From Octopus sinensis (Eukaryota): 19,896 nucleotides of DNA. A program made the translations under genes and the position numbers. The notes under the pieces were generated by a model. That model made no database searches and was not told the origin of the DNA. It saw only the letters and a list, made by a program, of their open reading frames with translations. How positions within the stretch are numbered: the stretch's first letter is position 1; each line of letters begins with the position of its first letter. Of this stretch, positions 10,441-19,680 are shown one piece after another. The stretch lies in contig NW_021824158.1 of the NCBI RefSeq assembly GCF_006345805.1, forward strand, positions 1 through 19,896, written 5' to 3'.

Positions 10441-10534
10441 CACATGCATGTTTGTGTTCTGGTTGTACTTTCTGTGTTATCCTCGCCTTCATTATTGTCG
10501 GAGTTGGAAATTTGATGGTCTTATGTGTCTACTG

Positions 10535-11683
10535 CAGTGCTTTTCCAACTTTTTGCTGGAGCGGAACCCCAAGGAAACATTCCACTGGCTCGAGGAACCC
10601 CTGTGCAATAATTTAATAGTCTTATGCACACATATCTGCACAGGAGAATTTAAAATTACTGCCGCATTTAGCAGTTTTGTAACTTCTTGTGGAACCCCTG
10701 GACTGTGCTGGCGGAACCCTGGTTGAAAACCACTGAGTTAGACACAGTCAGTTAGACCTAGTTAGACCAGTGCTTTTCAATCTTTTTGCTGGAGCGGAAC
10801 CCCAAAGAAACATTCCACTGGCTCGAGAACCCCTGTGCAATAATTTAATAGTCTTATCACACATATCTGCACAGGAGAATTTAAAATTACTGCCACATTT
10901 AGCAGTTTTGTAACTTCTTGTGGAACCCCTGGACTGTGCTGGCGGACCCTGGTTGAAAACCACTGATTAGACACAGTCAGTTAGACACTATTAGACCAGT
11001 GCTTTTCAATCTTTTTGCTGGAGCGGAACCCCAAAGAAACATTCCACTGGCTCGAGGAACCCCTGTGCAATAATTTAATAGTCTTATGCACACATATCTG
11101 CACAGGAGAATTTAAAATTACTGCCGCATTTAGCAGTTTTGTAACTTCTTGTGGAACCCCTGGACTGTGCTGGCGGAACCCTGGTTGAAAACCACTGAGT
11201 TAGACACAGTCAGTTAGACACTAGTTAGACCAGTGCTTTTCAATCTTTTTGCTGGAGCGGAACCCCAAAGAAACATTCCACTGGCTCGAGGAACCCCTGT
11301 GCAATAATTTAATAGTCTTATGCACACATATCTGCACAGGAGAATTAAAAATTACTGCCGATTTTAGCAGTTTTGTAACTTCTTGTGGAACCCCTGGACT
11401 GTGCTGGCGGAACCCTGGTTGAAAACCACTGAGTTAGACACAGTCAGTTAGACACTAGTTAGACAAGTGCTTTTCAATCTTTTTGCTGGAGCGGAACCCC
11501 AAAGAAACATTCCACTGGCTTGAGGAACCCCTGTGCAAAAATTTGATAGTCTTATGCACACATATCTGCACAGGAGAATTAAAAATTACTGTCGATTTTA
11601 GCAGTTTTGTAACTTCTTGCGGAACCCCTGGACTGTACTGGCGGAACCCTAAGGTTCCGCGGAACCCTGGTTGAAAACCACTG
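10535..11683. mobile_element. Five-copy tandem array of a hAT (Buster/Charlie-like) MITE with one outer 8-bp TSD
   Basis: Copies at 10535-10735, 10768-10965, 10997-11197, 11231-11431 and 11465-11683. TIRs CAGTGCTTTTCAA / TTGAAAACCACTG. Repeated subterminal GGAACCC motifs. GTCTACTG at 10527-10534 and 11684-11691. 31-33-bp spacers AGTTAGACACAGTCAGTTAGACACTAGTTAGAC. Confidence 0.93.
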
Positions 11684-11691
11684 GTCTACTG

Positions 11692-11965
11692 TGTGTTGTG
11701 TGCATGTGTGTGTGTGTGTGTTGTGTGTGTGGTGTTGGTATGTTGTGTGTGTGTGTTGTGTGTGTGTGTTGTGTGTGTGTGTGTGTTGTGTGTGTGTTGT
11801 GTGGTGGTGTGTGTGTGTTGTGTGTGTGGTGTTCGTGTGTGTTGTGTGGTGTGTTTGTGTGTGTGTTTGTGAGAGTTGTTTGTGTGTGTGGTTGTGTGTG
11901 TGTTGTGTGTGTGTGTGTGTGTGTGTGCGCGCACGTGTGTGTGTGAGTGTGAGTGTGTGTGTGTG
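11692..11965. repeat. (TG)n/(TTG) microsatellite
   Basis: Directly visible. Confidence 0.93.
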
Positions 11966-12002
11966 CTGCCTTATATATAAAGAAATAGATAGATAGACAG
12001 AT

Positions 12003-12090
12003 CCTAGGGTCGATTTGCTTGACTAAAGGCGGTGCTCCAGCATGACCACAATCAAATGACTGAAACAAGTAAAAGAGTAAAAGAGAGTAA
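12003..12090 (+). mobile_element. 3' fragment of SINE family A
   Basis: GGGTCGATTTGCTTGACTAAAGGCGGTGCTCCAGCATG...GACTGAAACAAGTAAAAGAGTAAAAGAG matches the tail of the full copies. Confidence 0.88.
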
Positions 12091-12254
12091 CACTAAGCTA
12101 GAATACGAGAGGAACAGAGATCAATTCTCAGTAGCAGCTGCTAGCCATGTTTTACCATCTATAGAGGGTTTTTTTTACCCGATTTTTTCACAGTTGTTTT
12201 CACAGCTATTCAACTGCATACAAGAGTTTATTAATTTAAAAAATAAAAAAAAAA

Positions 12255-12419
12255 CAGGCGTGTGGTAAGTAGCTTGCTTACGAACCACATGGTTCTGGGT
12301 TCAGTCCCACTGCGTGGCACCTTGAGTAAGTGTCTTCTATTATAGCCTCGGGCTGACCAAAGCTTTGTGAGTGGATTTGGTAGACGGAAACTGAAAGAAG
12401 CCTGATGTATATATATATG

Positions 12420-12450
<31 letters not shown>

Positions 12451-12650
12451 TTGTCTGTGTTTGTCCCCCCAACATCACTTGACAACCGATGGTGGTGTGT
12501 TTACGTTCCTGTAACTTAACGGTTCGGCAAAAAAAGAGACCGATAAAATAAGTACTAGGCTTACAAAGAATAAGTTCTGCGGTCGATTTGCTCGACTAAA
12601 GGCGGTGCTCCTGCATGGCCACAGTCACATGACTGAAAGAAGTAAAAGAG
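12255..12650 (+). mobile_element. SINE family A, near full length (antisense to NFI, downstream intron)
   Basis: Head GTGTGGTAAGTAGCTTGC...GGGTTCAGTCCCACTGCGTGGCACCTTGAGTAAGTGTC; tail GACTGAAAGAAGTAAAAGAG. Confidence 0.9.
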
Positions 12651-12688
12651 CAACAAAAACATAATAAAAACTGTTTTGAAATACTCAC

Positions 12689-13064
12689 CATAGCTGTGTA
12701 TGAAATTCGCCAGGTAAAGATCTAACTCCCTCACAGAGACGCTTATGTGTTGTGGGTTGACGCAGAGTGACGGGTGCAAACACTCGGGTGACTTCTCCAG
12801 GCGCTCGCCGTCGGTACTTTCCAAGGGTATGGCTTTGAAGAGAATTACCATGACAAGGTCTAGTCGCCACACCTTGTCGGCTTGTCGTAGACAATCTATC
12901 CTACGCATTTTGCCCTTCTGATCCGGATTGCTCAAAACGCAAACTGGTGGCCTCTTCCCAGTTATACTCATAACAAAATCCTCGCGGCACTCCTGCGTTA
13001 TGTCCTTACGCAGTTTCGCTAATAGCCTTGAAGCCCACTTCTGTTTAATCTCTGGTTTTTCATT
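12689..13064 (-). CDS. NFI: Internal coding exon of Nuclear Factor I (CTF/NF-I) transcription factor, DNA-binding/dimerisation (MH1-like) domain; 125 codons + 1 nt
   Basis: Translation [125 protein letters not shown] contains the NFI hallmark motifs ([69 protein letters not shown]). On the minus strand, the acceptor is ttttttgtccttccAG (AG at 13066-13065) with a long polypyrimidine tract, and the donor is G|GTGAGT (GT at 12688-12687). The remainder of the 219-aa ORF is intronic read-through. Confidence 0.97.
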
Positions 13065-13227
13065 CTGGAAGGACAAAAAAAAAAAAAACAAATGGAAACA
13101 AAAATGATAAGAAATAGATGATGATGATGATGATGATGATAGTGATGATGATGATGGTGATGATGATGATGATGTTGATGAAGGACAAAGGTAAAAAAAA
13201 AAAGCCAGTGTTAAGAACAATTATAAA

Positions 13228-13648
13228 CAGGCGCAGGAGTGGCTGTGTGGTAAAGTAGCTTGCTAACCAACCACATGGTTCCGGGTTCAGTCCCACAGCG
13301 TGGCATCTTGGGCAAGTGTCTTCTGCTATAGCCCCGGGCCGACCAATGCCTTGTGAGTGGATTTGGTAGACGGAAACTGAAAGAAGCCCGTCGTATATAT
13401 GTATATATATGTATAAGTGTGTGTGTATATGTTTGTGTGTCTGTGTTTGTCCCCCTAGCATTGCTTGACAACCGATGCTGGTGTGTTTACGTCCCCGTCA
13501 CTTAGCGGTTCGGCAAAAGAGACCGATAGAATAAGTACTGGGCTTACAAAAAATAGTCCCGGGGTCGATTTGCTTGACTAAAGGCGATGCTCCAGCATGG
13601 CCGCAGTCAATGACTGAAACAAGTAAAAGAGTAAAAGAGAGTAAAGAG
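13228..13648 (+). mobile_element. SINE family A, full length (antisense to NFI, upstream intron)
   Basis: CAGGCGCAGGAGTGGCTGTGTGG...GGGTTCAGTCCC...CTTGGGCAAGTGTC...GACTGAAACAAGT(AAAAGAGT)n. Confidence 0.92.
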
Positions 13649-13944
13649 AGGGCAAATTTTAGCAAATTCTCCACACCCTGAACAACCTTCATTGATGTTC
13701 GAACCTAATTGGGTTCTCATCAGAGGGGTCCACATCATTCTGACAGTCTCCAGAGAGAGACAATCAGCCAAACTGTTTTTATACTCAACAAATGCAGCAG
13801 TTGCTCTATGAAGGAGTTCCTAATTTGTATACAGAAAGTGTTTAGCATGCTATAAATACCAGTGGTGTGACAGCAGGGATCTTAATCCACAGAATATCAA
13901 GGTATGATATAGGTATGATATAATAAATATGAAACATATGGTAT

Positions 13945-14095
13945 AATTATACACACACACACACCACACACACATATATGTATATGAAGAGAGAGAGTGA
14001 GAGATATAGATATAATATATTATATATATATATATATATATGGATGGAGAGATAGATAGACAGACAGACAAATAGATAAATAGATAGATAGTTGT

Positions 14096-14143
<48 letters not shown>

Positions 14144-14321
14144 CAGACAGGCAAACAAATAGATAGGTAGAGAAAGGCACACACACACACACATATATAT
14201 ATATGTATATAAGAGAGAGAGTGAGAGAGAAAGATATATATATATATATGCATATATATATATATATATGAATAGATAGATAGATGGAGAGATAGATAGA
14301 CAGAGAGACAAATAGATAGAC

Positions 14322-14353
<32 letters not shown>

Positions 14354-14630
14354 TGTTAGATAGATATATAGATAGACAAATAGGGAGATATGTTTCTTTA
14401 TTAGCCACACAGGGCTGCACACAGACAGAACAAATTACAAGGTAGAGCTTTTCTTTTGGGGGTTGGTTTTCGATCAAAAGGTATCGTAAAAGGAAAGAAA
14501 GAGGACAAAAAAAGGGGAAGATTTAAAAAAAAGGGGGGGGGGGAGATAGATTGTTAGATAGATAGATAAATAGATATATAGATAGACAAACAGGGAGATA
14601 GGTAGATAGATAGATAGATAGATAGCTAGC

Positions 14631-14682
<52 letters not shown>

Positions 14683-14730
14683 CAAACAAACAGATAGGTA
14701 GATAGATAGGTAGAGAAAGGCACACACGAT
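13945..14730. repeat. Compound (CA)/(GA)/(TA)/(GATA)n block with internal duplications
   Basis: Directly visible. Blocks such as GATTGTTAGATAG...GACAAA(T/C)AGGGAGATA and GATAGGTAGAGAAAGGCACACAC each occur twice. Confidence 0.85.
14388..14460 (-). mobile_element. Probable 3' tip of a non-LTR retroelement
   Basis: The minus strand reads ...AAAAGCTCTACCTTGTAATTTG..CTGTGTGCAGCCCTGTGTGGCTAATAAAGAAACATAT followed by (TATC)n: a poly(A) signal plus simple-repeat tail. Family recognition is from memory only. Confidence 0.5.
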
Positions 14731-15394
14731 GAAAAGCAAAACGGACAGAGCGAAATGGGTGATGCAGCAAAAGGGGGCAGAAGGGGAACAAGGAGGAACA
14801 ACGACGTAACAACAACCACAGCAACAACAACAACAATCATCATTGCCACGAAAAACAACGGAAAGAAGCAGAGAGAAAAAAAAACAAAACTAAAGGTCAC
14901 AAAAAGAGGAGGGGGGGGAGAGGAGGAGAAGGAGGTGAAGAGATTGAGGAGAGAGAGGAGAGAGAGAGGGAGGGAAAGAAGGGTGAGGGGTGTTTTCATA
15001 GATTAAAGTTTAGATATTGAGGGAAGGTTTTTTTTTTGTTTGTTTTTTTTTAAATTTTTTTTATTATAAAATTTTTTTTTTTTTGGTGTTGTTTTACAAC
15101 CGAAATTCTTCGAAAAGGTTAATCAAATACCTTCATCGAAACACTTTAAATTTAAATAAACGCCCTCGCCGAAATGATTATTATTATTTTTTATTCTTTT
15201 TTTTCTTTTTTGCATTTTCCTCAATTCCCAACATGCCCACCACCACCACCACCACCGCCACCATCGCCACCACTGCCACCATCACCGCAACTGTCGCCAA
15301 CATCCTCACCAACGTTACCATCATCACTGTACATGCCTCACTTGTGCAAAGTAATAAAACATATTCCTTCTCTCTCTCTCTCTCACATAAACAA

Positions 15395-15408
15395 ATTATA
15401 TATATATG

Positions 15409-15460
<52 letters not shown>

Positions 15461-15519
15461 TTATTTGTACATATATATATGAGAGTCTGTGTATATATAT
15501 ATATATGTATGTATATCTA

Positions 15520-15570
<51 letters not shown>

Positions 15571-15685
15571 CATGCATGTACATACAAATACGCAATGTAT
15601 ACAGAAACTCACTTAAGTACATATATATATATATATATATTATATATATTTATATACCCAATATATATATGTATATCTATATATG

Positions 15686-15722
<37 letters not shown>

Positions 15723-15770
15723 ATCTATATATGTGTATTATATGTGGGTGTGTATACATACACAAAAATA
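15395..15770. repeat. (TA)n/(TG)n microsatellite
   Basis: Directly visible. Confidence 0.93.
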
Positions 15771-16227
15771 AATGTATATCATAGTTATCCATGCCATACA
15801 TTTTCTCTTCTCTCTGCCTTTCTTTCATTTTTTTTTATTTATTTAGCGATTTATTATTTATTTATTTATTACTTAATTTTGATAACATAAAATTTTCAAT
15901 CAGCATTTTTGGTTCTTTTTATTTTTTTGCATTTTCTCTTTTTTAAACTTTTCTTATTAGTTTTTTTATTATTTTTTTATTTGCTTGCTTATATTTATTT
16001 AGATTTGATGTTTTAAATAAACACAGGAAAATTGATAAAATGTAAACAACCACCCTGCACAGCTATTGCTTTCGCGAAACATTTAGTTTTACAATTTATT
16101 CCCACATACGCCCCTACATAACATAACACACACACATTCACGAGCGTATATATAATTGCCGCACACATACATACATACATGCGAATATACACCTTACAAA
16201 CATACGCAAATACGCACAGACAGATAG

Positions 16228-16628
16228 ACTCTTTTACTCTTTTACTGGTTTCAGTCATTTGACTGCGGCCATGCTGGAGCACCGCCTTTAGTCGAGCAAA
16301 TCGACCCCGGGACTTATTTTTGTAAGCCTAGTACTTAATCTATTGGTCTCTTTTGCCGAACTGCTAAGTTACAGGGACATAAACACACCAGCACGGTTGT
16401 CAAGTAATGCTAGGGGGAAAACAACCACACACCACACATATATATATTATATACATATATATATGACAGCTTCTTTCAGTTTCCGTCTACCAAATCCACT
16501 CACAAGGCATTGGTCGGCCCAGGGCTATAGCAGAAGAAGACACTTGCCCAAGATGCCACGCAGTGGACTGAACCCGGAACCATGTGGTTGGTTAGCAAGC
16601 TACTTACCACACAGCCACTCCTGCACCT
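16228..16628 (-). mobile_element. SINE family A, full length (sense to NFI, upstream intron)
   Basis: Reverse complement of 13228-13648 over its whole length; head at 16628. Confidence 0.9.
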
Positions 16629-16767
16629 ATATATTTTATTGTTAATAATCGGTAGAAGTTTCAGAGGAAATCAAGGGCTGAGGGTTTCGAGCCCTGGAAC
16701 TCACCAAACTTCGAAATGGACAAAACTTGTGGCCCCCGAGTCGCTCTGTCACTTATGCTAACTCCTG

Positions 16768-16967
16768 CTTTCAAATTTTGGCACGAGGCCAGCAATTTTG
16801 GAATAGGGGCTAAGTCAGCTAGATCAACCCACATGCTCAGATTGTATGTATTTTACTGACCCTGAAAGGATGGAAGGCAAAATCGACCTGGGTGGAATTT
16901 GAACTCAGGACACGAATTTGGAGAAAATACTACTAAGTATTTTGTCTGGTGTGCTCATGAATTTACC
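16768..16967 (-). mobile_element. SINE family B, diverged
   Basis: Plus strand TCAAATTTTGGCACGAGGCCAGCAATTTT...GAAAGGATGGAAGGCAAAATCGACCTGGGTGGAATTTGAACTCAG is the reverse complement of the family B body. Confidence 0.8.
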
Positions 16968-16992
16968 AATTATTATTATTATTATTATTATT

Positions 16993-17206
16993 AAGGTGAT
17001 GAGCTGGCAAAATCATTTGTACACTGGACGAAATGCTCAGCGGCATTTCAACAGTAATATGTTCTGAGTTCAAATTCCACCGAGGTCGACTTTGCTTTTC
17101 ATTCTTTTCGGGTTAATAAAATAAGTACAAGCGAAACACTGGGGTCGATGTAATCACGACATCCTCTCCCCACAAATTGCTGCCTTTGTGGAAAAATTTG
17201 TAACCA
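16993..17206 (+). mobile_element. SINE family B
   Basis: AAGGTGATGAGCTGGCAAAATC...GTTCTGAGTTCAAATTCCACCGAGGTCGACTTTGCTTTTCATTCTTTTCGGGTTAATAAAATAAGTAC...AAATTTGTAACC. Confidence 0.85.
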
Positions 17207-17586
17207 ATTACCTCTGCCTTAGTGAAATCAGGGTTATTGTTTTCAGTCATGTTTGTTTGTTTGTATGTTCGTGGACAAGATATCTCAAGAACCGCTGGAT
17301 GGATTCAGATGAAACTTTCAGGGATGTTTGGCCTTGTCACTGGCACAAACTGATTACATTTTAGGACCACTTTGGTACCAGACAAGGATTCTGGATTATT
17401 TTACCATTTTTTTTCTTTTTTGCTTAAGTTTTGAGAGCAGTCAGGTTAATTTTTATTATTCTCATTTGTGAGAGCAGTCGAGTTTATTTCAGATATTCTC
17501 ATTTTAAAAATCATCTCTGACTAATCATTAAGAGGGAGTTCGTGTTGCCTTGGTGGAGGTTTGTACTCTCTGAGGGCTCTTGTTGT
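17207..17586 (+). mobile_element. Helentron-associated (HINE/DINE-1-like) non-autonomous element
   Basis: 5' ATTACCTCTGCC and 3' GGTGGAGGT form subterminal inverted repeats. A (GTTT)n microsatellite lies near the 5' end, followed by GATATCTCAAGAACCGCTGGATGGATT...ATGAAACTTT, with a short 3' palindrome CTC-TCT-GAG and T-rich ends. Matches the HINE architecture; family not verified. Confidence 0.6.
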
Positions 17587-17603
17587 TATATTTATTATCA
17601 TAA

Positions 17604-17697
17604 TTGAGTGAGAGAGCAGTGGATGCCATCAAAGTGACACTGGGGTAAAATATACGAAGCCCAGTATACCCAACATGACTACCCGTCTGATAAGGGT
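17604..17697 (+). repeat. 5' fragment of repeat family C
   Basis: TTGAGTGAGAGAGCAGT...ACTACCCGTCTGATAAGGGT, nearly identical to 607-700. Confidence 0.88.
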
Positions 17698-17832
17698 TCG
17701 CCACCACCCCCTGCCGGAGCCTCGTGGAGCTTTAGGTGTTTTCGCTCAATAAACACTCACAATGCCTGGTCTGGGAATCAAAACCTCGATCCTACGACCG
17801 CTGCTCTAACCACTGGGCCATTGTGCCTCCAC
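17698..17832 (-). mobile_element. 5' part of a third tRNA-derived SINE family
   Basis: Minus strand GTGGAGGCACAATGGCCCAGTGGTTAGAGC (A box)...GGTTTTGATTCCC (B box)...AAAACACCTAAAGCTCCACGAGGCTCCGGC. Confidence 0.75.
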
Positions 17833-17867
17833 AATATATAAATATACAATATATACATATATATACG

Positions 17868-17901
<34 letters not shown>

Positions 17902-17932
17902 AAAAGTGCCAAAAAGACAAGAAGCCACTTAT

Positions 17933-18060
17933 ATGAACTGGAGAAGGTGAAATGAAGTGTTTTGCTCAAGAACACAATTTATTGCTTGGTCCAGGAATCG
18001 AAACCTCAATCTTGTGATCAGCAATGCAACACCCTAACCACTTAGCCACATGCTTCCACA
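17933..18060 (-). mobile_element. 5' part of a CORE-type tRNA SINE
   Basis: Minus strand TGGCTAAGTGG (A box), GGTTTCGATTCC (B box), then GTTCTTGAGCAAAACACTTCATTTCAC (CORE-like). Confidence 0.75.
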
Positions 18061-18269
18061 TATGTACACACATACACACATACATACACTACATATATAC
18101 ATAAATATATGTGTATGCGTATATTATACATATGTGTGTGTGTGTACATTTCTACAAGTCTTGGTATTTAGACTGTGGCCATGCTGGGGCACCTCTTATA
18201 TGAAAATACTTGCACTTGGTAACAAAAGACCCCCATTTACTCATAAAAATGCATAACAAAAATAGCAAT

Positions 18270-19090
18270 ACATAGACACACATACACACACGAGCATGCA
18301 CACAAAAACACACACACACACACACACACATATGGAAACACACACACATACACATGGAAACACACACACAGGGAAACGCATCTGTGCACTGAAAAAACAC
18401 ACACACACATGAACACCCATGCTTACACACACACGTGCATGCTCACAAAAACACACACACATACAGACGGAAACACACACACTCAAACACTTGCATGCAC
18501 ACACACACACATGCACGCATAAACACACACACACACATCCTTGCACACACATGCATGCACACACAAACACACATGCACACACAAACACATACATATGCAT
18601 GCACACAAACACACACAGACATGCACCCACACACACGTGCACACACATACATGCACACAAACACACACATACATGCATGCATGCACACACACATATAAAC
18701 ATGCATGCACACACACACACGCACGCACCCCGCACAAACACACACACACATATACACATGCATGCACACACACGCACGCATGCTCACATACACACACACT
18801 CACACACATGCATGCACACACACACACGTGCACACACATACATGCACACAAACACACACATAAACACAGACATACATGCACACACACATATAAACATGTA
18901 TGCACACACACACCACACACCACGCACCACGCCACACAAACACACATATACACATGCATGCACACACACGCACACATGCTCACCATCACACACACTCACA
19001 CACACACACACACACATATACACATGTATGACACACACACACACCACATGCTCACATACACACACACTCACACCACACACACACACATAT
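18270..19090. repeat. (CA)n compound microsatellite with ~190-196-bp internal duplication
   Basis: Anchors CACGTGCAC (~18634, ~18825), CATATAAACATG (~18692, ~18887) and CATATACACATG (~18749, ~18945). Confidence 0.9.
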
Positions 19091-19464
19091 GTGAAGGGCT
19101 AGAAATAAAAAACAACATAAAAAAAACAGCCCTACAGCCCCCTAAAGCCCGAGAAGAAGTGAAGCCAAATCATGGAGAAACCACTGCCGTCAGAGTCACC
19201 CTGACCCCAAACATCTAACCCTTCCATGCTTAGAACAACCAACCCGACCAAACCCATCTCTCGCACCCTATGCCCCCCCTTCAACCCCCTCCCCGGCGAA
19301 TAAATAAGGGGGATATAAAAGCCGAGAATCCATAACTTAACAGATGGAAGTCAAAATTCCTTAAGGACTTTAGGGAAGGGTGGGAGTGGCGTGAGGGGGC
19401 AGTGGAGGGGGAGGTGAAGGAGGAGCAGGCGGGGGAGCATGTAATTTACGAGCGGACCAAGGAC

Positions 19465-19680
19465 CCAACCACCACAACCAGCACCGCCACCACTACCACC
19501 ACCACCACCACACTACCACCACCACTACCAGCACCGCACACTACACCACCACCACCACTACCACCACCACCACCACAACCAGCACCGCCACCACTACCAC
19601 CACCACCACCAACTACCACCACTACTACCACCACTACACCACCACAACACAACAACCAAACACCACCAACCACAACACCA
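19465..19680. repeat. (CCA/CTA)n low-complexity tract
   Basis: Directly visible. Confidence 0.9.

Noticed and set aside
8266-10449. 727-aa His/Thr-rich ORF on the NFI strand (possible histidine-rich structural protein)
   Set aside because: It is almost entirely (CA)n and (CCA/CAT)n repeats, which lack stop codons in several frames. There are no GHG-type motifs of cephalopod beak proteins, no signal peptide and no convincing splice sites.
10535-11683. CRISPR-like repeat-spacer appearance
   Set aside because: The spacers are identical rather than unique, the units are ~200-bp TIR elements, and the context is eukaryotic with no cas genes.
12561-13220. 219-aa ORF taken as a complete gene
   Set aside because: The N-terminal poly-S/poly-F part and the C-terminal part are intron and SINE sequence. 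Only 12689-13064 is splice-bounded NFI.
13228-13310. tRNA gene
   Set aside because: A and B boxes are present, but they are SINE heads continuing into CORE sequence, with no complete cloverleaf or terminator. The same applies at 7650-7727, 17760-17832 and 17990-18060.
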